Of a DNA stretch of 64,000 nt, positions 1 to 8,872 are shown piece after piece; position 1 is the first letter of the stretch; each line of letters starts with the position of its first letter. Source of the stretch: Candidatus Daviesbacteria bacterium. GTDB lineage: Bacteria; Patescibacteriota; Microgenomatia; Daviesbacterales; UBA10151. The position numbers and the translations under genes were made by a program. Where the stretch lies: NCBI GenBank assembly GCA_016176335.1, contig JACOXI010000004.1:146303-210302 (forward strand). Direction: 5' to 3'. The notes under the pieces were generated by a model, which was not told where the DNA came from, searched no databases, and saw only the letters and a list, made by a program, of their open reading frames with translations.

Positions 1-77
1 ACCCTTGGCAACAGCAGTAATTGTGGGGTACTTCTTCCTCAAATCCAAATCCGAGCTTGCCAAATTTCCGTAGGCGC

Positions 78-1811
78 CTACCAAAGATAGATATTTTTAG
101 ATCGTTGTCCCAAAATAAGACTGGCAATTGGATCATCTGGAAAAAGCTGTAAAGTTTTAAGAATAAATTGCCTGCCGCTTTCTATATACTGATTATTTAG
201 AAGAAAAAGACCTAACCTTAAATATGAAACATGATTGCCAAATTGGTAGGAAGTAGGGTCTAATTTGGCAGGGTCTATTATTGGCAATTGTTTCTGATTA
301 ATCGTTTCCGTTGTGGTGAGTACTACCGCAAAATCATCAATATAGACCAATTTCCATGCTTCATCTTTGATGACCGATTGTAAAAAATTCCTGCCCCAGG
401 GAGTTTGATCTGTGTGGGAAAAAATAATTGTTTTAAAGCCATATATTTTTTCCAGTTCCTTAAAATTATTATAGTCAGATTGGCCTGGTATGTAAATTCC
501 GTTAAAAAATTGAGCAGGATAAGCCTCCGGCCTGCCGTCAACAAAAATTTGGTATTTTGGGAAGGCTCTATAAATTATGTAGCTTCCAATATCAAAATTA
601 TTAAATAAGGGTTTCGGCAAATCTTTTGAAATCATAAAATCCAAAGCCCCTTTGGTGCTTTCCGCAAATTCTAAGTTTGGCCTGACTGGTTGGTCATTAA
701 AACGGTAATAATCCCCGTTTAGATAAAAATAACTTTCAAATAACAGAAGTGCGGCAGCTACTATGGTCAGTGTTTTTGTTAACTTGTTCCAGGGAATGAC
801 ACCAAAATTTTGCATAGTGGCTGGTAGGGATAGAAAAACTAGATATGGGAAGCTCCTGACGTTTAATAAAGCCAGAACCAGACCACCAACTGGCAGCAGG
901 ATATTTTTCATTTGCCAGTTTTTTCTGAAAAAGGCGACCAGTAGTGAAAGGCCTATCAGCACTGCTGATAATTTAACAAATAAAAAGTTAGGGTCTTTGA
1001 AATTGATGCTTTCCAAAAGGAACATGGTCTGATTCTCCACAATGGTGTAACCGTAATTTTTAGTAACATTGAGGGGGTATATTAAGCCTGTCAAGCCATT
1101 AGGATTGATAAGACTTATCAGGATCGATAGCAACAATACCGTACTCAACAACCTTATCTTCCTGCTTATTGAGTGGATTAGGAAAACAGCTTGCAAGGCA
1201 AGGCCTACAAAAAAATAGATATGGGTATTAATCCAGATCAGCTGAATTATAGGTAAAAAGAAAATTAACTTTCCTGCTGTGTCATTGCGAGGATCCTGAG
1301 CGTTAGTCGAAGGAGACGAAGCAATCTGATTATTTTGTGAGATTGCCACGCTCACTGTGTTCGCTCGCAATGACGATGTGAACTTTTCCAGAATATAATA
1401 AGTTAAAGCCGTAAATAGAAAGCTAAAAATTTCCGGCCGCAGCTCTGTTCTTTCCCGCAAAACATGAAGGAATATAAATCCCACAGGCAGAAGTAATGCT
1501 GTTTTTTCTTTTGGGATAATTTTTATGATTAATAAAACAGAAGAGAGGAAAATGACAATTTTCAAAAAAAGTAAAGGCGTAAGACCAACAGTTTGATGGA
1601 AAAAGTATACTAAAACTTCAAAAAGCCAATGAGTATTTATAAAGGGGAAATCCGGATTGGTATAAGAGAAAAGATTGGTTTTGGGAACTTGATGTGTCTG
1701 AACAATAATTTCTCCCAGTTTAAGATGTCTTCCCAAATCTTGATCAAACGCGCGATCTGTCCTAAACAAAAATGAGAAAGTAAAAAAAAGCAGCAGAATT
1801 TTAATCCACAT
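78..1811 (-). CDS. large polytopic membrane protein, GT-C-like glycosyltransferase or similar; function uncertain
   Basis: 577-aa ORF. The N-terminal two thirds are hydrophobic with many predicted TM helices, and there is a C-terminal soluble domain. It carries an in-frame GC-rich palindromic insert at 1281-1374. Confidence 0.55.
   Translation of the reverse strand: MWIKILLLFFTFSFLFRTDRAFDQDLGRHLKLGEIIVQTHQVPKTNLFSYTNPDFPFINTHWLFEVLVYFFHQTVGLTPLLFLKIVIFLSSVLLIIKIIPKEKTALLLPVGFIFLHVLRERTELRPEIFSFLFTALTYYILEKFTSSLRANTVSVAISQNNQIASSPSTNAQDPRNDTAGKLIFFLPIIQLIWINTHIYFFVGLALQAVFLIHSISRKIRLLSTVLLLSILISLINPNGLTGLIYPLNVTKNYGYTIVENQTMFLLESINFKDPNFLFVKLSAVLIGLSLLVAFFRKNWQMKNILLPVGGLVLALLNVRSFPYLVFLSLPATMQNFGVIPWNKLTKTLTIVAAALLLFESYFYLNGDYYRFNDQPVRPNLEFAESTKGALDFMISKDLPKPLFNNFDIGSYIIYRAFPKYQIFVDGRPEAYPAQFFNGIYIPGQSDYNNFKELEKIYGFKTIIFSHTDQTPWGRNFLQSVIKDEAWKLVYIDDFAVVLTTTETINQKQLPIIDPAKLDPTSYQFGNHVSYLRLGLFLLNNQYIESGRQFILKTLQLFPDDPIASLILGQRSKNIYLW
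1281..1374. repeat. 94-bp nested GC-rich palindromic element (GTCATTGCGAG...CTCGCAATGAC), in-frame within a CDS
   Basis: Nested inverted repeats are read directly from the sequence. Shared termini TCCTGAGCG...AGTCGAAGGA also occur at 28243 and 62906. There are no stop codons in the host frame. Confidence 0.6.
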
Positions 1812-1838
1812 GCCAAAATTGTATCACGCCACCAGTTC

Positions 1839-2546
1839 TTAATACCCGGTAAAATTCTCGATGTTAATATTTTCCGGATTGACTCCGGCTTCAAGTAATG
1901 TTTTCTGGATAGCATCAACCATAGCCGGGGGACCCACTACGAAGTAAAGTGGATTTTTGAGGTTTTTTGTGTAATCTTTAATTAATTGCACATCTACTCT
2001 TCTATTCTCTCCGACCCAGGAAGTATCCTCTGTCATTGTCAGTATCAGCCTAAAATTTGGCAAGGTCCGGGCAAGCTCTTGAAGCTCTTTTACATAAGCA
2101 GCAGAGCTTTGATCGCGGTTGGAATATATTAGAGTTATCTGATATGGCAGATGTTCCTCTTTAATGTAGGAAAGCATACTGATAAAAGGAGTAATGCCAA
2201 TTCCTCCGGCAATGAAAACCAGCGGCCTGTTGTTCTCACTGGGCAAAATAAAACCCCCGGCAATTGGGCCGATTTCTACCAAGGAGTTATTCGGCAGCTC
2301 TTGTAGGGATTTTTTGAAACCAGAATCTCGGATTCTGGTGGCGATAGTGATAATGTGCTTTTGATTGGGAGAATTCACTATAGAAAAGTGCCTTTTATTA
2401 GATCTCTCATCCGGATATGGGGGGGTAACTAGTGTGATAAAGGCGTATTGTCCAGGTTTAAAAGTAAACTGTTCATCTGGAATTTCAAATGTAACTTGTA
2501 ATGTTGCCTTGGCAATCTCTTTTTTGTCTATTATTTTCCCTTGCAT
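1839..2546 (-). CDS. ferredoxin-NADP reductase-like FAD/NAD(P)-binding oxidoreductase
   Basis: RHFSI (RxYS-like FAD motif) and a GGIGITP NAD(P)-binding motif. 235 aa. Confidence 0.75.
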   Translation of the reverse strand: MQGKIIDKKEIAKATLQVTFEIPDEQFTFKPGQYAFITLVTPPYPDERSNKRHFSIVNSPNQKHIITIATRIRDSGFKKSLQELPNNSLVEIGPIAGGFILPSENNRPLVFIAGGIGITPFISMLSYIKEEHLPYQITLIYSNRDQSSAAYVKELQELARTLPNFRLILTMTEDTSWVGENRRVDVQLIKDYTKNLKNPLYFVVGPPAMVDAIQKTLLEAGVNPENINIENFTGY

Positions 2547-2590
2547 AAAATTATTATATACTATTACTGTGTAGGTGTACCCACAGAACC

Positions 2591-2649
2591 ATTGCGTGAT
2601 TATTTGCGCGATTATTGCGCGACCAGCCTCGACTAGACGTCGAGTCTAG
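2591..2649 (+). promoter_or_regulatory. three tandem 11-12 bp repeats (TTGCGCGATTA-like), a CTAGAC-N5-GTCTAG palindrome and a TATAAT -10 box upstream of Fic
   Basis: Repeats at 2591-2602, 2603-2614 and 2615-2624. Palindrome at 2633-2649. TATAAT at 2662-2667. Confidence 0.5.
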
Positions 2650-2674
2650 GCGGGTATATGGTATAATTAAAGGT

Positions 2675-3733
2675 ATGTTTGATCCTATTTACTCAATATC
2701 ATCTAAAACAATTTCCAATATGACCGAGATTGCGGAAATCAAAGCAATCGTGGAAAGATCCAAAGTACTACCTTTAAATGAGGCACAACTTCGGAGACAG
2801 GCAATTTTGCGGATGGCCCATACTTCTACTTCTATTGAAGGTAATAAACTGGCCCAATTTGAAGTGGGTAAGCTGATAGAAGGTAAAGCAGTACGTGCTC
2901 CCCAAAAAGATATTTTGGAGGTGGAAAGTTACTATAAAGCTTTAAAGATTTTGGAGCAAATGTCCAAATCAAGACATGATATTACCTTTGAGGACATACT
3001 GAACTTGCACAAAATGGTCATCCAAGGCCAAGTGGACAAAGAAAAAGTTGGTAAGTTCAGACCATCTGATGTGTATGTATTGGGTGATCTGGGCGACGGA
3101 CGCGAAATGTTAAGGTTTAAAGCTCCCCCTGCCACAGTAGTGCCTGATTTGATTTCCGATTTATTAAGCTGGTTGAAACAATCAAAAAAACAAGGCGTGC
3201 ACCCAATTATACGGGCAGGTATATTACATCTTGAGTTTGTCTCCATCCACCCCTTTACAGATGGAAATGGTAGGGTGGCGAGACTCTTGACACAACTCCT
3301 GCTTTACAGAGATGGTTGGGATTTTAGAAAAATTCTGGTTTTGGAGGATTACTATAATCGCGACCGATTGTCTTATTACAATGCGGAGCAAGAAGTTCAA
3401 GGTAAACACTACAAAAAAGGTGTTGATTTTACCTTCTGGCTGGAATATTTTACAACGGGCTTTTTGGTGGAGGCAAGAAAAGTATTGGAGCAAATCCAAT
3501 CTATTGGTTTTGGTAAGGTCAGCAAAAAATCTGATCAGATATTTTTGGATCCGGATGAGATTCAGATCATGGATTTTTTGGCAACCACCGGCAGAATTAC
3601 CTCTGATGATGCCCGAGACATTTTAAAAGTCGCCAAAAGAACCGCTCAATTAAAGCTGAAAAATCTGTCAGATAAAAGATTACTTAGGATAAACGGTAAA
3701 GGTCCCAGTACTTACTACACTATTGCGCGATAA
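2675..3733 (+). CDS. Fic family protein (Fic_N + Fic + C-terminal wHTH)
   Basis: HPFTDGNGRVARLL Fic motif. N-terminal TSTSIEGN inhibitory-helix-like motif. ATG at 2675 with an AAAGG SD. The track ORF from 2615 starts at TTG inside the repeat array. Confidence 0.85.
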   Translation: MFDPIYSISSKTISNMTEIAEIKAIVERSKVLPLNEAQLRRQAILRMAHTSTSIEGNKLAQFEVGKLIEGKAVRAPQKDILEVESYYKALKILEQMSKSRHDITFEDILNLHKMVIQGQVDKEKVGKFRPSDVYVLGDLGDGREMLRFKAPPATVVPDLISDLLSWLKQSKKQGVHPIIRAGILHLEFVSIHPFTDGNGRVARLLTQLLLYRDGWDFRKILVLEDYYNRDRLSYYNAEQEVQGKHYKKGVDFTFWLEYFTTGFLVEARKVLEQIQSIGFGKVSKKSDQIFLDPDEIQIMDFLATTGRITSDDARDILKVAKRTAQLKLKNLSDKRLLRINGKGPSTYYTIAR

Positions 3734-3759
3734 CTTGCGCGATTATTGCGCGATTGACA
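3722..3759 (+). promoter_or_regulatory. second array of three TTGCGCGAT(T/A) repeats overlapping the Fic stop codon, followed by a TTGACA -35-like box
   Basis: ATTGCGCGATAAC, TTGCGCGATTA and TTGCGCGATTG sit in tandem. TTGACA at 3754-3759, about 114 bp upstream of the RRM gene. Confidence 0.45.
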
Positions 3760-3872
3760 CCACTTGCTATTTATTCGCAATAATGAGATAATAGTTTCAG
3801 TGTGGAGAGTGTATTTAGTTTTTTACTGTAATTCACCTCGCATGAATTTACAAAAAAAGGAGGTGAATTTTT

Positions 3873-4136
3873 TTGAATAATAATAGAAGATTGTTCGTAG
3901 GCTCCTTGCCTTGGGGAGTAGATGATGCAGGACTTGCACAAATTTTTTCCCAAGCAGGAACGGTTGTCTCGGCTCAAGTTGTAAAGGACAGAGATACAGG
4001 CAGGTCAAGAGGTTTCGGATTTGTGGAAATGACAACTGATGAGGAAGCCAATAACGCTGTTGCAAATCTTAACGGAACCGATATTGAAGGCAGAAAAATT
4101 GTTGTTAATATCGCCCGTCCAAGAGAAGACCGTTAA
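3873..4136 (+). CDS. RRM-type RNA-binding protein
   Basis: RNP-2 LFVGSL and RNP-1 RGFGFVEM motifs. Strong SD AAGGAGGTG at 3855-3863. Confidence 0.9.
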   Translation: MNNNRRLFVGSLPWGVDDAGLAQIFSQAGTVVSAQVVKDRDTGRSRGFGFVEMTTDEEANNAVANLNGTDIEGRKIVVNIARPREDR

Positions 4137-4756
4137 CTCAATACTCTGTAACGTAAAAAAACTTCAGAATCCAATTTCTTAACTGAAAGTAATTTGAGGT
4201 TTTTGATTTTTTCAGGTGGAAGTAAAATACCTTCCACCAGTGTTTTGGTGGCGTTTTTGGCAGTGCCAAATATCTTTGGAGCAATGGTTATAAAAATTTC
4301 ATCCATTAGGCCCTCCTTTAAAAAGGATCCTAAAATAGTAGGGCCGCCTTCCACTAAAACATGATTAAAGCCTTTTTGAAAAAGGAGGGTTGTTAGTGAT
4401 TTGATATCATTGGATACGGTGTTTACTTTCAGAGCCTCAAACTTTCCCGCTTTTGAAGTCACAACAAAGTAGGGTAAATTCTTGTTTTTGCCTAATCTTT
4501 TTCTCAAAGCGCCAAACTCACTCCTTCCAAGACTTTCTAAAGTTCTTTCTCCAAACTCAAATGCTAAATTACTGCCATGGATTAAACAGTCTGCATATGC
4601 TCTAAGTTCAAGTAGGACCTTGTGATCTTTCAAGCTGCCGATTGGCCAATATCCATTTTTTAAAACACTGACCTTTCCATCCAGAGTTTGAACGAAATTG
4701 GTATAGAAAAAGGGGCGTTGCGAAATTTTGGGAAATTTAAGATTGGGATAGACCAT
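4133..4756 (-). CDS. dihydrofolate reductase-like protein (RibD C-terminal domain family)
   Basis: TLDGKV motif and a VEGGPTILGSF reductase-domain signature. Confidence 0.7.
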   Translation of the reverse strand: MVYPNLKFPKISQRPFFYTNFVQTLDGKVSVLKNGYWPIGSLKDHKVLLELRAYADCLIHGSNLAFEFGERTLESLGRSEFGALRKRLGKNKNLPYFVVTSKAGKFEALKVNTVSNDIKSLTTLLFQKGFNHVLVEGGPTILGSFLKEGLMDEIFITIAPKIFGTAKNATKTLVEGILLPPEKIKNLKLLSVKKLDSEVFLRYRVLS

Positions 4757-5416
4757 TTACGGGGTTGCCATGTCCAGCTTCGGCAGAATTTTTTTGGAGG
4801 CAAGATATTGTAAGATATGTTTGACCACCACGTATGATATGGCAATTCCGGTTGCAAAAAGTAATCTTTCAGAGATAACAACAGGGATCAAAGAATTCCA
4901 AACCGCAGGCGGTAAATTAAAAACCCAAATCCAGGCGGCCCCGCCTACGGAGTGGGCTGTAAAGGTGGCTCCCAAACTCTTCATCCATAAATTAGACCTG
5001 AATCTGTAAGCAATCAAAGGTATAAGCCAGAATAGAGTGTAATATGGGACATGCCTGCCATTTGGGTGAGCTATAAATGCAATGATAGCCAAAATAGGGA
5101 CTAGTAGTATCCACTTTCCCCTCCCCTTCTGAATTGTTGCAAAATAATAGACAGCAAAAAGAGTCGGGAATAATCTAATGATGGCACCTTGTGTCCAGGG
5201 CACTTCCTTTATTAGATTATTGGTAACCAAAACAGTAAAAACTGAAGCTATCCCAAAAATAGGTCCTAAGAAAACTCCGGCAATTGGGGCAAAAAAATCA
5301 AATAAAGTAAAAGAAACATTTGATCCGGCCAGCTTATTAAAAGGAACCTGCAAAGAGGCAAAACCTAAAATGGAGAATAAAACAAAAAAGACCAACGCTT
5401 TGTTGAATCTTGCCAT
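4757..5416 (-). CDS. small polytopic membrane protein, possibly an ECF-type substrate-capture (S) component
   Basis: 219 aa with about 6 TM helices. It is translationally coupled to the DHFR-like gene. The family assignment is tentative. Confidence 0.4.
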   Translation of the reverse strand: MARFNKALVFFVLFSILGFASLQVPFNKLAGSNVSFTLFDFFAPIAGVFLGPIFGIASVFTVLVTNNLIKEVPWTQGAIIRLFPTLFAVYYFATIQKGRGKWILLVPILAIIAFIAHPNGRHVPYYTLFWLIPLIAYRFRSNLWMKSLGATFTAHSVGGAAWIWVFNLPPAVWNSLIPVVISERLLFATGIAISYVVVKHILQYLASKKILPKLDMATP

Positions 5417-5495
5417 AACATGTGTAAGCCTAATTCAACTTATTTAAATTGTCAATACTTCAATTTCCCCATTATTCTGGTAAAATACTAAACGG

Positions 5496-5577
5496 GCTGA
5501 TGTGGTGGAATGGTATACACGTTCGCCTTAAGAGCGAATGGGCTAAGCCCGTGTGGGTTCGACTCCCACCATCAGCA
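5496..5577 (+). tRNA. tRNA-Leu (anticodon TAA)
   Basis: Acceptor GCTGATG/CATCAGC. Anticodon stem-loop TTCGC-CTTAAGA-GCGAA. Long variable arm. T-arm GTGGG-TTCGACT-CCCAC. Confidence 0.85.
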
Positions 5578-5634
5578 CTGGACTGAAAAATAAGCTTGAA
5601 CCTAATTTTTTAGGTTACTTCACGAGTTATGGAG

Positions 5635-5988
5635 CTAGGGATTAAGGGGAGCGCGGTTAAGCTCTGGATCTCTATAGAATAGACCTTCCCCAACTGTAGA
5701 AAAGGGATCTTGCGTACCAGCAGGGACGAAAAATACGACTCCTCTTTCGGCAAAAGAACTTAGCGGTGGTCCTTCCACAACAAGAATTTCTTCTCTTCTT
5801 AGACTACGTTTAGCTCCCACACCTGGCCTTTCTAATTCCACGGGTTCTTCAAATAACGAAGCTATGAAACCAATCACTCTTCCTACTCGACTTCCTGGTA
5901 TAGTCCTTATAGAAATCTCTTCTGACTTGTCTGCGAAATCCAGCTCAGCTATACCGAGAGCGCGTAGTCCAAACCATTTTTCTCCCAT
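5635..5988 (-). CDS. hypothetical protein in a GC-elevated inter-tRNA segment
   Basis: 117-aa ORF. Composition is atypical for the window. No recognisable motif. Confidence 0.25.
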   Translation of the reverse strand: MGEKWFGLRALGIAELDFADKSEEISIRTIPGSRVGRVIGFIASLFEEPVELERPGVGAKRSLRREEILVVEGPPLSSFAERGVVFFVPAGTQDPFSTVGEGLFYRDPELNRAPLNP

Positions 5989-6065
5989 AATGCCGTGATT
6001 ATATCACAAATCCTGAAATGGCAACAACACCTCTTTATCGCTATATAGCGTGATATAATGATTTT

Positions 6066-6470
6066 GTGGATATATTTGAGGCTATTTGTTTAACTTTATG
6101 GTGGACAGAAGGCACTAAAGCAAGAAAAGGTAGGTGGAAATCCCTAATTTACTCTGTTGAAATCACAAATACTGATTCTATTATCATATCTACATTTTTG
6201 AAATATCTAAGAGGACGTATGGGTGTACAAAATGAGCGAATTAAAGTACAATTGCAGATACACCAAGGGGATAATCAGGAAGAATTGGAGAGTTTTTGGG
6301 AACAAGTCACTAATGTTCCTAGAAATCAGTTTAACAAGACCATAATAAGACCAGTAGGGCAAAAGGTTGGAAAATCAAAAGGAACTTGTAAAATCAGGGT
6401 ACATGATAAGGCGTTATATTTGGAATTGGCTAGCAGATTGGATAAATTACGGGGTGTAGGTCATCGGTAG
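6066..6470 (+). CDS. hypothetical protein, basic; 3' end overlaps tRNA-Pro by 21 nt
   Basis: 134-aa ORF. Only a weak resemblance to a degenerate LAGLIDADG-like segment (LTLWWTEGT). Not supported further. Confidence 0.3.
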   Translation: MDIFEAICLTLWWTEGTKARKGRWKSLIYSVEITNTDSIIISTFLKYLRGRMGVQNERIKVQLQIHQGDNQEELESFWEQVTNVPRNQFNKTIIRPVGQKVGKSKGTCKIRVHDKALYLELASRLDKLRGVGHR

Positions 6471-6521
6471 ACCGCCGCGTTTGGGACGCGGATGTAGTGA
6501 GTTCAATTCTCGCCACCCCGA
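6450..6521 (+). tRNA. tRNA-Pro (anticodon TGG)
   Basis: Perfect 7-bp acceptor CGGGGTG/CACCCCG. Anticodon stem-loop CCGCG-TTTGGGA-CGCGG. T-loop TTCAATT. Confidence 0.8.
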
Positions 6522-6626
6522 CAGCTCCGATTTTAGCCTCAATCTGGGGGGTTGACGTATCCCTTTGATGGTGAAACAATTAACTTGAAATCTCTAAAAC
6601 CAAACAGACGGTAACAAGGGATTTTT

Positions 6627-7106
6627 TTGTTGGAACAAAGGAGATCTATCATGCTTAAAACAGTTCATGTTAATGGATATAACAATGGAAACGGGATCAT
6701 TAAGAGTAACGGCATTGTTAATGGAAATGGACAGAAGAAACCAACCCTTCTAGAAAAGATCTCGTTCAAATTTATCGAATGGGTGGGTACCCCCTACTCT
6801 TTAATAGTACATTCATTTTTTTTCATCGGAGTCTTTGCTTTAAAATATGTGGGCTTTTCTGTTGATCAAATCCTTTTGATATTAACAACGGTTGTTTCTT
6901 TGGAGGCTATCTACCTGGCAGTATTTATTCAAATGTCGGTGAACAGAAACACCCAAAGTCTGGAAGAAGTGGAAGAAGATATTGAAGATATTCAGGAGGA
7001 CGTGACAGAGGAAGAAGAGGCCCACAAAGTCCTGCTTAATATCTCAAATGAGCTCAAAAATATCCAGCAGGATTTAAATACCCTCAAGAAAAAAGGCATA
7101 CTGTAG
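6627..7106 (+). CDS. DUF1003-family small membrane protein
   Basis: Two TM helices. Conserved ...IYLAVFIQMSVNRNTQ segment and an acidic C-terminal tail. Confidence 0.55.
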   Translation: MLEQRRSIMLKTVHVNGYNNGNGIIKSNGIVNGNGQKKPTLLEKISFKFIEWVGTPYSLIVHSFFFIGVFALKYVGFSVDQILLILTTVVSLEAIYLAVFIQMSVNRNTQSLEEVEEDIEDIQEDVTEEEEAHKVLLNISNELKNIQQDLNTLKKKGIL

Positions 7107-7108
7107 AA

Positions 7109-8236
7109 ATGGGTAAAATCTGGCCTTCGCTGACTATCTTAATCATGGTGGCGGCGATTTTAATCGTCTACTTGTTTGGACCCAAACAGGATACATTTAA
7201 GGCTTATGATGCAGATGGGGAAAAATATGCCTGGGATATTGCAGTAATAGCCTCCGGTTTGGAAGTTCCTTGGGATTTAGCTCCAACTGATGAGGGTGAG
7301 ATATTTATTACCGAAAGAGCTGGTAAGGTCAAGCTATTGAAAAAAGACGGCTCCATACAAACAATTACCAATTTTCCTCAGGTGGCCTCGGTTGGCGAAA
7401 GCGGCATGACAGGGTTAGCTTTGCATCCTGACTTTACCAACAACGGCTACATTTTTATCTATTATACCTATCGAAGTGGTGGGGAGACTTTAAACAGAGT
7501 CTCGAGGTTTACCTACAATAATAATAGATTGGCAGATGAACTGGTCATTTTGGATCAACTGCCAGGTGGTGTGATTCACAACGGGGGTAGAATGAGGTTT
7601 GGACCGGATCAAAAGCTGTGGATCCTCATAGGAGATGCATCCAGACCCCCATCTGCTCAAGATATTAAATCCTTATCAGGTAAGGTTTTAAGGATCAATG
7701 ATGACGGATCTTATCCGAGCGACAATCCTTTCAAAAACTCACCGGTTTTTTCCTTTGGTCACAGAAACCCGCAAGGATTGGATTTTCATCCTCTGACAGA
7801 ACAGCCAATAGCCACGGAACACGGAGAAACAGCTTATGATGAGATTAATCTGATTGAGGCCGGCAAAAACTACGGCTGGCCGGAGAATAAAAAGTGCTTT
7901 TCCGATAATCCCAGTTTTGAAAACCCCATCTTGTGCAGCGATGAATTTACCTGGGCTCCTTCAGGTGCGGCCTTTTTAGGCGCCGAGATTTGGAGGTTGA
8001 GAAATTCTTACTTTTTTGCAGGGCTTAGGGGTCAAATCCTAGAAAGAATAGACATAGTTGATGGTAAAGTAAAAGATAGGGAAACCATTATTAATAATGC
8101 TTACGGCAGACTGCGAGCCGTTGTCTCGGATAAAAAAGGCCACCTGTATGTTTCTACCTCCAATTTGGATGGCAGAGGAAATCCAAAACAGGGAGATGAC
8201 AAAATTTTAAAGCTTACTCCAAAAAAGATAGAGTAA
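7109..8236 (+). CDS. PQQ-dependent sugar dehydrogenase (soluble glucose/sorbosone dehydrogenase family)
   Basis: GLALHPDF..NGYIFIYYT, NHNGGRMRFGPD and GHRNPQG motifs. Confidence 0.85.
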   Translation: MGKIWPSLTILIMVAAILIVYLFGPKQDTFKAYDADGEKYAWDIAVIASGLEVPWDLAPTDEGEIFITERAGKVKLLKKDGSIQTITNFPQVASVGESGMTGLALHPDFTNNGYIFIYYTYRSGGETLNRVSRFTYNNNRLADELVILDQLPGGVIHNGGRMRFGPDQKLWILIGDASRPPSAQDIKSLSGKVLRINDDGSYPSDNPFKNSPVFSFGHRNPQGLDFHPLTEQPIATEHGETAYDEINLIEAGKNYGWPENKKCFSDNPSFENPILCSDEFTWAPSGAAFLGAEIWRLRNSYFFAGLRGQILERIDIVDGKVKDRETIINNAYGRLRAVVSDKKGHLYVSTSNLDGRGNPKQGDDKILKLTPKKIE

Positions 8237-8283
8237 TTTTTTCTCTTTGCATCTTAGGTTCAGTTTTTGTAAAATCTGTTTAG

Positions 8284-8355
8284 GCGGGTGTAATTCAGCG
8301 GTAGAATGTCACTTTTCCAAAGTGAACGTCAGGGGTTCAACTCCCCTCACCCGCT
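8284..8355 (+). tRNA. tRNA-Trp (anticodon CCA)
   Basis: Acceptor GCGGGTG/CACCCGC. Anticodon loop TTCCAAA. T-arm AGGGG-TTCAACT-CCCCT. CCA is encoded. Confidence 0.85.
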
Positions 8356-8469
8356 CCATACGGATTTTATCGAACTGGCAACTTTTAGCTTCAAAAAGTT
8401 GCTGAAATTTGTCAAAATATAATCCTATAACCTTATACCCTAAGGGGAATCGAACTAGCCTTAGAGCTA

Positions 8470-8667
8470 TTATTTTTCCTCTTGTTCAGATTCTTCAAAA
8501 CTTCCCATCCACTTTGACCCGCCAGAATGGCGAGGCTCGCCTAAAGGCGGCCCATAAAATTCCTGCATAATTGTACAGCTTAATAGATAAACAACTTCTT
8601 GTATATCTTTTAGTTCTTCCTCAGATGCGTTAGGATAATATTTTTTGATTATTTCCAGCGGTAACAC
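8470..8667 (-). CDS. small hypothetical protein
   Basis: 65-aa ORF. A hairpin CTAAGG-N13-CCTTAG sits just downstream at 8437-8465 on its strand. Confidence 0.3.
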   Translation of the reverse strand: MLPLEIIKKYYPNASEEELKDIQEVVYLLSCTIMQEFYGPPLGEPRHSGGSKWMGSFEESEQEEK

Positions 8668-8872
8668 TATAAATCACCTCCTAACTTACTCAGGAAGCAT
8701 ATTTTATCTGACCAAGGAGTGCGATCGGTTCTGGAACTTGTATCTGCTACACTTCATTTATGACTTAAAATTTTTATGATAAATTTGCTCAAAAAGTCAA
8801 AGCATAGGAGAAAACCCCACCCTTCCAAATAACTATTGCAACTTACCAACCTTTTTGAAACAATGAAAGTAT

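Noticed and set aside
2615-2674. Fic ORF extended upstream to a TTG start at 2615
   Set aside because: The extension is translated from the tandem repeat array and the palindrome. A proper ATG with an SD at 2675 gives a 352-aa product identical in length to the paralog.
5578-6065. tmRNA, RNase P RNA or a group I intron in the GC-rich spacer after tRNA-Leu
   Set aside because: No GGAAAGTCC/ACAGAA...GGCTTA P4 elements. No tag-peptide reading frame ending in a stop next to a tRNA-like domain. No P7/P3 intron consensus. The adjacent tRNA-Leu anticodon loop is uninterrupted.
8437-8465. tRNA-like T-arm (GGAATCGAAC) downstream of tRNA-Trp
   Set aside because: It is only a CTAAGG-N13-CCTTAG hairpin. 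No acceptor, D or anticodon arms can be drawn. More likely a terminator for the 8470-8667 minus-strand ORF.
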